A stretch of DNA of 64,000 nt from the human T2T-CHM13v2.0 reference genome, Homo sapiens: the NCBI RefSeq assembly GCF_009914755.1, contig NC_060930.1. One strand, 5' to 3'. Within the stretch, counting starts at the first letter, position 1, and the number at the start of each line of letters is the position of its first letter. Shown here one piece after another: positions 36,401-50,189 of the stretch. The notes beneath the pieces are model-generated. The model was given only the letters and a program-made list of their open reading frames with translations. It was not told the origin of the DNA and made no database searches. Made by a program: the position numbers and the translations under genes.

Positions 36401-38306
36401 ACCCTTAGTATGTGTTTGCTGAATATATACATTTTCTGTCTTATGAGGAGCAAAGATGACCCTCACCACAAAGTTTCTGATGTATGTGTGTTCTGCAGTC
36501 AAAATGTTTTGTTAATTTTTTTAAAATTTTCTTCTCTAAAATGACAAACTCTTTTAAAACATGTTTGTAATTATTACTATTTGTGTATTGACTTCCTCTA
36601 TATAATAGCCAAAATGTTTCTCTTGGTTTACCTGGTATCACATGTGGCTGACAAGAAGTTTACCAAATATATGTTGAATCAATGGATAGATAAATAAAAC
36701 TGATCTGAAAACATACAATAGTAAGTTCTAGTCATGAGAGATACAACTGTCAGAACTAAGGATTGATATCAAAATAATAATTAGAATAGGATTGCTGGCT
36801 AAACTTAGTGTCCTTTAAATCTTTTCCAACACATGAATGATTTTCAAAATTAGGAACACACTCATACAATACACATGCACACACAAAATTGTCAATATAG
36901 TGCTTTTATTCCTATTCTGATGAATGATAAATCTAAGGAATCAGCTAATTGAAAGAATATGAATGATAAAAAAGGATAAATTGGGAAGCTACGAATAATG
37001 TAAATACAAACCCTGGCTCAAAACATCTAGAGAATGAATAATGTCTTTAAGATCAAAAGACTCAAAAGTAACATTTAAAGGAAACAAAATGGTTGAACAC
37101 AGACTCAAATGTAAGATTTCAGAATTTCAATGTTTATAAATGTGGAAGCTGCTTCATCTTTAAAGGAAACAAAAATCCTAAGAATGTTACTTGATGTGAA
37201 ATGGGGTTTGATACCCTATCTTAATCATTGTTTGGTTTCCCTCTTTGCCAACAGCAACCAAGCAAGGGAAGAAACCTGTGTCCCGTCAAAGAATTCTAGA
37301 TCTCATTCAGGTGTGAAGAAACTCAGTCCAATGTAAATCATACTTTTATCTCACATCTCACTTAAATATTCACATTTCTTCCTCTGCTATGGACTGGCCC
37401 AGGCTCCTGAATTTATGGTGATAATAAATATCAAATGACCTGTCCTTTTGTCTTGTTCATTCATTCCTTTCCCCCTACTGTTCTAGTTTCTTCTGGTTCC
37501 CCCAAGGACAGGATAGAACAGAGAGGGAAAAGGGAAAAACGAGATCCCATTTGACAAGTGACTCTATAGTCTTGAACAGTGTTCTCCACATAACGCTCCC
37601 ACCCAAGATGCTGTCTCTTTCTCTCACAGGATGTTTGTTGGTTCCTCAGAGTCTTGGCAGGTGATACTAAGTGAATAACTGCACCATTTCATAAAGTGGG
37701 AAAAACATTTTCTGGATATCCTCTTGTGATACTTCTTCAATTCCGCCTCTAATAGCACAAATCACAGAAACATTTTCTTCATGGTTTCTTCACCAATCAG
37801 GCAGCCCTTTTGCTGGGTCCTGTCAAGATGGCTCAGCCTGACTTCCTTCTCTGGTGTCCATTAAGGTCATTGCAAAATTGGTAAAATTCTGAAGAGAGGT
37901 ACGGCTCGTTCCTGGTTACTCGTTTAACCTAGTATCCTCAGCAGCATTAGACAGCTTCTCATCTATAGGATTTTTCTTACTGAGAGTCACTCATAGTAGC
38001 TTCCAAAGCCTAGGGTGCATGAATAACAGTCTTAAAACACTCTCAGCTAGTAAATTATTATGGTGTACAGGTTTCTACAGCTCAACATTTGTGCAGAGAC
38101 AAGAACCCAATCCCATTTGCTAGACAAATCCAATCTTTTTGAATTAAACAAACTCTTAAACTCATCTTTTTGAGTTAAACAAACTCTTGAAGTGAACCAT
38201 CACTATATTTCTACCATGGAGAGAAGATATTTTATGCTAAAATTCTGTGAAAAAAGAATTGACCTGCTGGTGAATCTTTAAAATCTTCCCATACTTAAAA
38301 AAAAGT

Positions 38307-38951
38307 GTTTTCAATTGACACATGATAATTGTATATATTTATGGGGTACAGTGTGATGTTTTGATACGTGTATATATTGTATAAAAATAAGATCAAAGTA
38401 TTTAGCATATCCATTACATCATGTATTTACCATATTTTTGTCATGAGAACATTAAAAAAATTCTCTTTTCTAGCTATTTTAAAACATACAATATTGTTAA
38501 CCATAGTCAACCTTACTATAAAATGAAACACCAGAATGTGTTCCTCCTATCTAACAATTGTTTTGTATACATTAACCAATCTCCATATCCTTCCTATTAC
38601 CCTCCCAAGATGCTAGTAATTATTATAATACTGTCTACTTCTATGGGATACACATCTTCAGATTCCACATATGAGTGAGATCATGCAGTATTTTTCTGTG
38701 CCTGGCTTATTTCACTTAATATAATGTCCTCTGGTTTCATCCATGTTGCTGCAAATGACAACATTTTCTCCTTTTTTATGGCTAAAGTATTTTGTTTATA
38801 TGTGGAAATGTGGCATATATAACCACATTTTCTATAACATTCATATATTGAGGGACACTTAGGTGGATTCCATATCTTGCTTATTGTAAATAGTGCTGCA
38901 ATAGAAATGAGAGTGCAGATATCTCTTTGACATACTGATTTTCTTTCCTTG
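38307..38951 (-). mobile_element. L1MA 3' segment of a twin-primed (5'-inverted) L1
   Basis: Reverse L1MA 3' end; ORF 38681-38959 is ORF2p C-terminus-like (RDICT..IAALFTI.KIWN.PKCPS). Confidence 0.88.
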
Positions 38952-38952
38952 T

Positions 38953-40048
38953 GCAACAACCCAAAAGATTGTGAATAGCAAAAGCAATCTTTTGTAAAAT
39001 AAACAAAGCTGGAGGCATCACACTACCTGACTTCAAAGAATACTACAAAGCTATAGTAATCAAAATAGCATGGTACTGGCATAAAAATAGACACATAGAC
39101 CAATGCAATAGGATAGAGAACACAGAAATACATCTGAGGTAGGAGGCAGGACTCCATTCAAAGGTGGGGCTCTGACATTGGATCAAACTGAGGACTAGCT
39201 GAAACAGGTCCAGAACAGAAACATTTCCCCATAAGGCATGCCCGCCAGGCTATGTCACTTTGCCATTGTCATGCCAATATCCAGAAGTCCCCATCCTTTT
39301 CCATGGCAATGACCCCACAACCTGGAAATTACTACCTTTTTCCTAGAAATTTCTGCATAAACCACCCCTTAATTTTTATGTAATTAAAAGTGAGTATAAC
39401 TCTCACTGCAGAACTGCCTCTGAAGTGCTACTCTGGGCACACAGCCTATGGGGTGGCCCTGCTCCACAAAGAGCAGTACTTCTGCTGCTGCTGTACAGTG
39501 ACGCTTCAGTGAAAGCTGCTGTTTAACACCACCACCAGCTAGCCCTTGAATTCTTCCCTGGGAAAGGCCAAGAAACCTCCTGAACTAAGTCCCAGTATTG
39601 GGGTTTGCTTATCCTGAATCAAATCCATAACTAACTGATTTTCAACAGAGGTGCCAAGAATGTGCTATAGAGAAAAGACAGTGCCTTCAATAAATGGTAT
39701 TGGGAAAACTTAATATCCACATGTGGAAGAATGAAGTTAGACTCCTATTTATCACCATGTACAAAAATCAACTCAAAATAAATTCAAGATTTAAATGTAA
39801 GACCTCAAATGAGAAAAAAAAACACTCTAGAAGAAAACACAGGAGAAATAATACATAACATGGAGAAGGATGTTTTGGATTAGACCTCAACAGCACAGGC
39901 AACAAAAGCAAAATATAGAAAAAATCAAGTTACATCCAACTAAAAAGCTTCTACACAGGAAAGGAAATAATAAACACAGTGAAAAGACAGCCTACGGGAT
40001 GGGAGAAAATATTTGCAAACTATGTATCTGTCCAACAAGAACTTTAAT
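38953..40048 (+). mobile_element. Inverted upstream ORF2 segment of the same L1MA, interrupted by an LTR
   Basis: aacaaagctggaggcatcacactacctgacttcaaa .. gggagaaaatatttgcaaacta; abuts the minus segment. Confidence 0.85.
39135..39621 (+). mobile_element. MER66 (B-like) ERV1 solo LTR
   Basis: TGAGGTAGGAGGCAGGACTC..TCA termini, 487 bp; 4-bp TSD CATC/AATC; L1 sequence resumes after it. Confidence 0.82.
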
Positions 40049-42811
40049 AGTCTCCTTACTTTTGAATTACTTTTTATTTTCATCTTCTTTTTCTCCTAAC
40101 CAGAAAGTGGGTGATAGGCTAAGAATCAGATAACTATCCAATGGATCCTGTGCATCACTAACCAATCTCATGAAAATATGAATATGAATGGGTACTTACC
40201 ACTCACTGTCTTCAGCTTTAGGACCTCAGAAAAAAACTGTGTGATAACAGAGGTCCTCTATGCCATTCTGTTTCAATTAAATCATATAGAAATGCTTATA
40301 ATAGATATGTACAGTCTTCAAACCCACTCTTCTGCTCTTTAGATTTACTTGATATACTAAATATTTTTTAAAATTTCCATTTTACTTGTTTTTATTTCCA
40401 CTGTAACTTAAATAATATGCATTATGTCTTTTTTAAATTTAAAAATATCTATTGCTTCTCAGTATGGAAAAAGTAGGATTTTTAAGATGCAACATGCCGT
40501 CTTTATTTCTACTTCATTAGGTACATTTTCCTTGTGAAATGACTATTAGTTCACTCATATATTGATTTTTTTCAGTAAATATTTTTAATTTTAAGAGCTT
40601 TTTATTGCCCTCTGATTAAGTTATTCTTTTTCTTGTTAATCTGATTTTTTGAAGGCAATATCTTAGAAAATTTAATTTGGTTTTCTAAAGGTCATTTTTA
40701 ATAGATGATCTTTATATTCTCTTAGATGTTACTGCTTTTACTAATATATTAAATAATGATAGCCTATGCTGAGTGTTGTGGCTAAATCTTATAGATTTCC
40801 TTTTCTTCTGTGTATTTTATCTTTCCCCACCATAGATCTCTGACTGAAGAGAAGTCTAGCTAGGGCCATCTTGTATATTGGTTTAATCTCATTTAATCTC
40901 AGCTCTTTTTCAAGTGTTTTGATGGGGAGATGGTCTTTTGCTAGAGTACTTACTTTTTATCAGAAACACCACTTCTCTCTTGGCAACACTTTCAAATTAT
41001 TAATACCTTTGGGGTTTTGACTGGGTTAAATGCAAATGCCAGGCTGCCTTTCACTCTACATTGAAGTGTTGAGGAGGGGTGTGGGCAAAGAAGAGAACAG
41101 ACATGTAACTACTGAGTCTACATGAGTTCTTAGTCAGATTGGCTCCCACCTCAACCACAGCACCTTCATGTGCGTGAAATCATCTTTTGTGTCTTCTCTT
41201 TTCCATTAAGCAAAAGCCCTCATATTTCTCTGTCTTTTGTAAATTTTGGGAATCACTAATCTATTGTTATGCCTCTTACGCATTTTTCTGTTACAGTAAG
41301 TTTATTATCATTTTTAATTCCATGCTGTCAAATCAGTTGACTCTTGGGATGAAGAATAATAAAGCATGGGTGCTCAGGTCACTCTCATGGTGCTCATTCT
41401 TCCTTGCCTCCATGTCCTAGAGATGTAAGAAGGGGTCAGCTTTCTTTCTGCTCAAACCACTTTCAGATCCATAACCTTACACCCTTGGGTAACGTTCAAG
41501 AAATGCTGTTCATCTGAAATCAGCCAAGCTTATTTTCTGATCACAACCTTTTATCCTTCCATTTGTCTTCTATATTGTATCAAATACACTGTTTACCTTT
41601 TACAGAATTATGACTGCTTTGAGTCTTGCTTACTTAAAAATGTATTCATATCTTCCCTTCCATCTGTACCTAATTTCAACTTCAGGTTTATTTCACTTGA
41701 TCTATTTTTATGTCAGTATTGGAATGTCCCCTGCTCTCTTGTCTCTGACCTCACATTTTTTCCTCATATTTGCCTGAGAAAATACCAATTCAAAACAAGC
41801 CAGTGATTTCCTTTTCTGTGCTCGTAGAGAGGCTGCTGACTCTCAACACACACACACATTAATATAAAGATATCTCTACAAACGTGTAGCCTCACATCAT
41901 AGCCAATCACTCCGTGATAAGGAATTATAATTGTTATTATTTCTATTTAACTGTCTCCTCTTCTACATAGTAGTCATGTCTGCATTTTCTACTCTCTTCA
42001 GATATGCTAAGCCACTATGTTGACCTTCACCCAGCAGATAACTTCATCCCCTAAATAATGAGAAAATGGAATTCCTCGCCTTATTACAATGAAACATCAT
42101 ACACTATATGTCTGTGTCCTTTTTTCCAGTAATGAAAATAAAGATGCATGTAAAGAATAATTGGTTAAATTGTGGTAATGAACATCTCTTGATTCTTAGT
42201 CACTTAAAACAATAAAGTAGGCTAAGTTTCTATATCCTTCATGTTTTTTTTTCTTTTCCTAGATGCAATTCTGAAGCATGATTATTTATTTGCTACTTTG
42301 GGCCTGTAACTTAGTAGCAGATACCTTGTAAGCATCTGAAACAATAGACTTTGGAAAAAAAGTGGAATTTATTTAACATTTCATCCAACTGAAAAAAAAT
42401 TAACAGGATGTGTTTTTATTTTTTTAATTCAACACCTTTTATCACCTCATTATTTGCCAGTTAGTTTTTAGAGTGCATTTTTTAAAACAGAATTTCTGGT
42501 CAATCTACTTAATTCCATTTCTATTAACAAACAGTTTGCCCTAGCTTGTCTTTCTGTAATTCATGGGAAGCAATTAATATGTATTATCATTATAGCTTTC
42601 AGTTATTTCTTCTAGAGCTACTCACATAGCAGGCACTTCATCTTTTACATTATTTTAGGGCTCAGTTTTACCATGTATTTTGTATAATACAACAGTCATC
42701 TTTTGGCCTTCCATTTTTTTAGATCTTTTTCAGGTACTACCACCTGACTTCCAAGCCAATGCTACATACATTAATGTTTTTTTATGAATGGGCTCACTGC
42801 CCAGTAGTAAA

Positions 42812-43260
42812 TTGTCAATTAGTTATTTTAATATGTGCTGTAGTAACAAATAAGCCTTTAAAATTCAGGTGTTTTAAAATATAAAAGTATACTGTCGACT
42901 GATCCAATAGTCCAATAGTCCAATATGAATATTCCTGCTCTTTGGCAGGGAGGCTCTGCTCAGTCATCTGGACTCTGGAGGTGCTGCAGTCTTCCACGTG
43001 TATGTTCTTGGGTTACCTTGGAATGTGTTACCCAGACTTTTTGAAATAAGTGTGTGGGGACGTTTTTATGGGCCAGCCTTGTAAGTTGCCCACATAGATT
43101 GAATTCACATTCTGTTGATTTAAAAATCAACCATATGTCCACAAGGAACTTGGCAAACAAAGAAAAATAATCTCTGACTAGACATCTTTCCAGGAACCTT
43201 TCTCCACTATATAAGGAGGAGCTCATATTTCACAGGACAGCTAACTTTTTGCTGGAATAT
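42812..43260 (-). mobile_element. Old MLT1 (J/K/L-like) LTR
   Basis: ttagttatt..gctgtagtaacaaataa.cc..ggctctgctc.agtcatc..tttttatgggccagcc. Confidence 0.55.
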
Positions 43261-43439
43261 ACAATGAATTGGTTTTAATAATTATTCCTTTGATAAATTG
43301 AAGCACAATACTAAGTATACCTAAACAAGATAGTTTGGTGGAGGAAGAGCTGCTAATCAAATAATCTATAATTTTGAGAGTAAAAGGATAGTATTTGCTG
43401 GTAGTATTTTATAGTGAAGTTGAAATATAACATCAGACG

Positions 43440-43562
43440 GAGCTGTCTGAACTGCTTTCACACTACAATGACAGTCAAGTAATTGTGACCGACCCTGTGT
43501 CCTACAAAGCTGAAAATACTTAATGTAGGTTTTTTTTTTACACAGAAAGTTTTTGAAACCTG
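43440..43562 (-). mobile_element. MER58A fragment
   Basis: gctttcacactacaatgacag..acaaagctgaaaatactta..aaagtttttgaaacCTG. Confidence 0.7.
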
Positions 43563-44604
43563 TTCCAGAAGATTTGAGGATACCAATTAAATAAGAATAA
43601 ACAATACTTGTTGAATACTTTCTCTTCAGTGTTAGATGAAGTAAGTGAAGTTTTCCATGACTAATTAAATAGAATTAAGATGCAAACCTAGGCAACTGAC
43701 ATTAGAGCCTACGTGATTAACCACATTCTAACTCACAGCCATTGATTGATTTCAAACCATTTTTATTTTGTTAATTTCCCCTTCAGAGCTGTTTATTTGA
43801 AGGAAACAAAAGTTACTTTTGTTTGTTTGTTTCTTAGTTAGTTTCATCCTGTTTTAATTCCTAAGATACTTTAGTATTATAGATGTAGCCACTATTATTA
43901 TTATTATTATTTATTTAGAATAGCTTACATGTTCACTTTAATAATCAATGACTTTTTCCAAGTCCACAGTGAAAATGCTTTTGGTACTATTTTTATGAGT
44001 GAAGTTAATGATCCTTTCTTTCAGCTGCTTTTCTTCAATGTATACATCTTGACTGGCCTTTTATAGTTTATAGACTATGAAGTATTTATTTCCACCCTAT
44101 TGATGAAGAACTTAGTGATGATATTACTGCCATGATACAAGAGCAAACTATCCAGAAACTTTATTGCTGATATCATTTCATAGTAATGTATGCATGCTAG
44201 TATGATTATTTCAGTCATAGAAACATGCTATCCATAGACATTTTCTGTTAATATGTTTTTAAGTAATAAAACTGCTAATAAAATTAAGCTCCATGAGCTC
44301 TTATTTTCTGTTTATGTCATTTATCTCTGAAATATTTAGTGCAGCTTAAAACAGAGATTTTGCAAATGTTTCAGATCTTACATAAAAGCTCAATAAAGTC
44401 AAAATGCTGTCTATGCTAACTAGCAAGCAATTTGTTCAGTGAGTTAGAATGCAAGTTCAAGGAAAAAAAGTTGCTCAAAGTAACTCTTCTTTGTTTTGTA
44501 AATTTCAGCCCCACTTTTTGACCTATTGTTATCCCAAATATTTGTGCTAAAGACTGGCACCATTGTAGGTTGTTTATACTCATTCTACAACTTCAGAATT
44601 CATC

Positions 44605-45352
44605 TGTGTTAGATTAGATTATTGTATCCCCTTCTCTAGTCATGGTTATAACACTAGTATACATCCACACCCTTAGCCTTGTGAATTTACAGTGCCTCCT
44701 ACTAAAATAAGTAGGGTAAACATACTTACTTCATTAAATTTTGGGCTGTGATCTGTTTTCCGTAATGGAGAGTGAGCAGAAACAAAGCACACAGAATCTT
44801 GCTTTCAGTGTGTATGAATGATTTGGCTTGGCTTTTCAGTGCTTCTAGTCTCTGCCTGAGGGAAAAGCATGCTGTGGGTAGACATTGCCCCTTCATTTTG
44901 GATCATAGAATGAGACTACTTGGAAAAACCTAAGCCAGTGTTTCTCTACCTTGTTTTACAGTATTTCCTCCTCTCAAAGAAGACATTTTGGACATTTTTT
45001 TTTTAATTCTGAATTGCCTTCCCACTGCCCCCACACCATAAAATTTTGACTTAATAGATATACCATGTCTTTGTTTCTATACCATGGCTCTTTGGAAGAC
45101 CAAAAGTTATAACTAATACTACACACATGCCAAGAACCAATTTTTATCCTCTTGGGATCAATATTGTCTGCATTGGCAATACAACTTAAACCCAACCGTA
45201 AATAAGCTGTGCCTACCCAAGACTGATAAGATCAATCAGACCACAGCTGATGTTTAGGCCCAGGATTGTGAAATAATGCTTTATTATAGGCCACTGAGAT
45301 TTTAAAATTGTTTGTTCATCTGGAGTTGGCCAAAAAAATACTCCAACTAATA
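44605..45352 (+). mobile_element. Old MLT1 (H/I-like) LTR, interrupted
   Basis: TGTG start, catccacaccctt.gcc.tgtga.tttacagtgcctcc.act; end aataatgcttt..gccactgagatttt..ttgtttgtt..actaata. Confidence 0.65.
44936..45183 (+). mobile_element. hAT-type MITE (MamRep38-like) nested in MLT1
   Basis: CAGTGTTTCTC start; ccaagaaccaatttt..cttggg..aatat; 8-bp TSD-like ACCTAAGC (44928-44935) / ACTTAAAC (45184-45191). Confidence 0.6.
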
Positions 45353-45649
45353 TCTCAGCATTTATTATACGAATATTCACTTATTCAACAAGTATTTATT
45401 GAGAACCACAGTGGATACTGTAATTCTTATCCGTAAAGGGTACAAAAGACAACCAATGCCAGGATAGTCATCTGATGAATAAAGAAGGTGTTGGAGAATC
45501 ACACTGACTTCAGCATCAAGTGGAGCATTTCACCTAACTAACTAAACTATACACCTTCTCATGTTAAATGAGCACTTGCATCCTTGTGCACCTCACATCT
45601 ACTAGCCTACAGGAAGCTACTGGATGGTCTTTCCCACACCTATCCATCC

Positions 45650-46070
45650 CATTTTGTTTCTCAAAGCCACGTGACATATAATCTCTGCTCCATTAACATC
45701 AGACTTCTTACATTGTTGACTATATCATGTTAAACTGATTGTGTCTTTGGTTCCCTCTGCCTGGTATTGGAACAAATTTATTTAACTTGTCTAACTCCTA
45801 TTAATCCTCTGAAAATCTAATTAGACAATTTGAAGCTTGGTTGTGATCTTCACCTCTATCCACTAGTAATAGTTTGCGTGTAGTTTTATGATTGAAATGA
45901 AAATGTTAAACTGCTTAGTTTTGATTTGTCTGCCATTTTCCCTCAACTATGATTACCTTAAGTGCAAATACCTTTTCTAATTTATTTGTTTTTGCATCTG
46001 CAGTGTACACTCTACTCCCTGGGAATAAGTATTCCCTACTTGTCTTGTTAAATGAATGAGTGGATGAGTC
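45650..46070 (+). mobile_element. L2 3' region
   Basis: gttccctctgcctgg..ctccta..atcct; ends tgttaaatgaatgagtggatg. Confidence 0.6.
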
Positions 46071-48409
46071 ATTGTTAAAATAACCTAATATATCTTTCCC
46101 ATCATATTATACTTTTAAAATCCTACCCCATCTACATTAAAGTCCACCTACTTTAAGTGGCTTTGCAGTTTCTCCCTGTTGGAATCAACCTCTCCTTAAC
46201 TGTAATCTGAGGGCAAATTTGGGCTCTATACTAGCACTTTTTACAGGCTGACCCTATACTAAACTTACTATAGCATAATTTGTAAAAATATGCATATATC
46301 TATATGACTACATGATATATATATAATTTTATAATATATGTAATTTTTCTTATTCAAAATGGAAATTAAAAACATTACTGTCCACTGCTCCACAGTGCTT
46401 GACATAGAGCTTTTTTAATTATACAACAATCAAAGTTCAACTACATAAATATATGATTTCCATGTGGAAATTAATCATACGTTAAGTTTATATTTTAAAT
46501 TTTTTATAAAATTATTTTTGACTAACTCTTTTAGAGTTTAAAAGACTGTATTATGACTTTGGAAAAAGTTCTGATTTATTTAACGTTTGTAATTTGAATC
46601 CTGCCATGTCATTGAAAATACCATACCTTTTATACATTAAGTTGAAGTTTTGGCATTGCCTATTTTCATGGTGGAAACTAGAGAACCAAGGAGATCCTTT
46701 TATTATTTCAAATGTGCTGGTTACACGAATTGTTCTCAATATTTTAATCATAGTAAATTTTTCAAAGTTGTATTCCACATACCTATAATAAGAAATTTCT
46801 TTTAGTGAACTGGAATCATCCCAAACTTGCTGAGATAGTCTAACTGATGAATTAAAGACTTTTCCTGTTGTGTGGAGTTTTTCTTGTGTCTTTGGTCTGT
46901 AAGTCAATTTGTTCATACATTTCTTACATTTGGTACTTTGAAAACAAGTGAAATTTGGTACTTTGAAAACAAGTGAATTTCTCACAGTAGGAAGCTGAGT
47001 TTTCCTGCAGTAAAGGGTCTATTCTATAACATTAGCTTTGTGAAAATTTTTTTTCTATAAGCTCAAACCATTAAATGAATAAAACATGAAGCTCATAAAT
47101 AATGGTGCATTGCCCTTTAGCTAGAGTCTTCAAAACCGTTGTTTAGAAGATATTGCCATTTTTTTTTCTAATCTTTTTGGAAACCTTACTTCTGCAAATC
47201 TATCTTCTCTATATCCCCTTTCATTTCATTTCAACCATTGGTTCATTTAATTGCATTTTATTGTCATTCCATGAATCACAAATATAGTTATTGCTTTATA
47301 TTAAAACTATAGAGGAAAGAAGAATCTTATTTATATTTATTAGTGTTCCATTTACCCTAGTAGTCATAGAAAAAGATGCTTTCTTAGGGAATAACTGAGA
47401 ATGGTTTTGTGACCTATATGATACACTCAGTGACAAATCTCTGTCTTTTTGTTAGTGACTATTCACACTTAAATTTTAAAAGTATTTTAAAAACCATATT
47501 TTTGGCATATTATTACAATGGGAACCCATCATTCCAGATACCGATTAAACTCTAGAAGGAGATAAAAGACCCTAATTTTAATGTGTGTTTCTGCACAAAG
47601 TCTTGCTAGGCTCATCAACTCTGACAGTTTTACTAGGCTCCATTAACCATTAGTTAAATTAGCCATAACTTTTTAACATTATTGGCTAATTACTCTGTGA
47701 TCCTGAGGTAACTCTAGAGTATACTAAAACTTCTTACGGATACAATATGCTTTTACCTCCCGGTGTGATATACTATTTAAATGCTGATCAATGACTGGCT
47801 TTCAGGATGCCATATAACTTCCTTGCAGGATCATATAATAATAACTAGAGAAGTTGGTAAAAAATTAATTATTTTGTTCATTATACATGCAAACATTATT
47901 CTTAAGAGTGACATCCTGAAAAAACATTATTTTAAAAACATCTTATGTTTACCTGCAGTAAAACAGCTGTTAATGAGAGATAATTTTTGTGAATTACTGT
48001 TGCTATTGACTTTATTTCCTACATTTTGAAATTTGCCTATCAATTGGAACTCTACATAAGATAAATAAATGGACCAGAAATTATACTTTTGGGAGTTCAA
48101 GAACAAAAATTGTACCAATTTTTTAAAAAAATTTGTTTGTTCATCTACTCATTTTTTTCTATAAACAACTATTAAAGGCACATTATACTATAGACACTAG
48201 TTTGAACCCTTTAGTTGTATTAATTGTTCCTTTAGGCATATGACATAAATACAACTTTATATTTTAAACTCTTTGGGAAAATGAATGTTTCCAAGTATGT
48301 ATCTACTAGATAAATTAGAATGCTTAATGTTAAAGTGAAAAAAAACTATTTATAATTTTAAATTTATTCTTCTTCTCAATAATTTACCAGCCAAACTAGT
48401 TTATTTGTT

Positions 48410-49860
48410 CTTTTACTTATATATTTAATAAATATTTATTATTTATTACATACCAGAGAAAATTCTAAAAGCTGAAAATAAACAGTAGTGACTAAACCAG
48501 GTTATTGGTCTCACAGAACAGTGGGAAAAAACAATAAATACACACATAAATAAATTTCTATTTAGATATTGACTGATGCTATAAAGAAAAATAAAGGAGG
48601 GTAAGTAAAATTGTGACTGCTAGTGGGGTGCTTGGGAGAGAGGTACTTTTTGAAAGATGGTCAGGGGAAGATTTACTCTTAGGTTACTTTTCAGCAGAGA
48701 CCTGCCCAGACATCTGAAGAAGAAAGCCTTGTGGAAAATTGAGGAAATAGATGTCAAAGCAAGTGCAAATGCCCTGAGGCCTGAATTTCTCAATTTTTTT
48801 TAAAAAAACATCAAGGATGTTGGTTGATCACAGTGATCAAACGAGTGAGGAGAAATGAATCAAAGGGTTGGTAAGAAATGGCTGAGGAAAGGCAAGTGGA
48901 GCGAGGCAGCAACTGCAGGTGCAATGAAACTCCATTTTCTTTTTATAAGTGAAAAATAAAGACACAAAATTATTTTTTAATAATATTATTTTGAAATACA
49001 TTTAGATTTACAAAATAGTTGTAAAGATAGAACATTTCCACCTACCTTTTATTGTTTTTTAATGTTAAATAGCCATGGTACATTTGTCAAAGTTAGGAAA
49101 TTATCATTAGCATAATACTATTAACTAAGGTACAGACTTTACTCCAGTTTCTCAATTTTTTAATTAATTTGTATTTTCTGTTTCAGGAAGCAATCCATTA
49201 TATCATCTTGCATTCAGTCATTGTGTCTCCTTAGTCATCTCCAAGCTGTAATAATTTGTCTGTTTTTCATTTTCTTTTATTTCCGTGGTACATTTGGTAA
49301 GTACTGGTAAGATAATTTATAGAATGTCACTCAATTTTGGTTTGACTGGTGTTTTCTCATTATTAGATCAAGGTTATGAGTTTTGGGGAAAAATAACAGA
49401 GAGTTGATGTGCCCTTCTCATAGCATCATATCCAGGGACATAGATGTCAATGTGAGTTATTATTGGTATAACGTTCACTTTGATGTTTGGAAGAGGAGTG
49501 ATATTACTTGACCTATGCTTAAAAATTATCTGATGGTTGCTGATTTGAGAGCAGATTTTAAAAGAATAAGGGTAGATCAGAGAGCCTAGTTTAAGGGCTC
49601 TTGTAATAACTCAGATGAGAAATTATTATATTTTGTACAAGCATATTGGTAATGAAAGTGACAAGAAGTGGTTACATAAATTCCAGAATTAATTCTATAT
49701 GGATTCTTGAAGGAATATCATTTTTATTTGGGTTAGAAATATGTTTGTAGGAGTCACATACATATAAATAATACTTTAAGGTATAGAACTACATGAGGTC
49801 ACTTACAGAGTAAATAAACGGGTCCAAGGACCAAGATTCAAAAACACTCCACAGTTCTGT
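48410..49860 (-). mobile_element. L2 (interrupted by L1MC)
   Basis: aataaatatttatt.., ggtcagggga..cagagacctg, aagtgcaaatgccctgaggc; resumes about 49490 gaggagtgatat..gacctatg. Confidence 0.65.
48970..49490 (-). mobile_element. L1MC 3' end
   Basis: attttgaaata..ttagatttaca..agttgtaaagatag..ataatactattaactaa..tacagacttta. Confidence 0.72.
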
Positions 49861-49919
49861 TTATTATTTCTTTATTAGTAAACAGAATGTCATGAAATGT
49901 TACCATGATAGTAATATTA

Positions 49920-50130
49920 ATGTTTACTTATGTGGCAACTATTTGTGGACTGGCTACTGTGTATCTACTGATGGTGAACAAGTCTGAAAATGTCTCTGTT
50001 CTCATGGGACCCGCATTCTGGTGGTAGAAAACACAAAAGACAATGAGTAACATATTAACAGAGAACCAAAAACTACCATGTTGTCCATAAAGGTCTGAAA
50101 GGGTGATGTTAAGCTGAGATCTCAATTCCC
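49920..50130 (-). mobile_element. L2 3' end fragment
   Basis: ggtgaacaag..aaaatgtctctgttctcatgg..cattct.gtgg. Confidence 0.55.
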
Positions 50131-50189
50131 AGGACCATCTGTGAGAAAATTTGAGTGGTGTAAACTAGCATAAAGACCTTTATAATAAA

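Noticed and set aside
37612-37666. Strong + acceptor CTCTTTCTCTCACAG with nearby CAG|GTGATA (31-nt micro-exon)
   Set aside because: Weak donor and no other support; expected by chance in 64 kb
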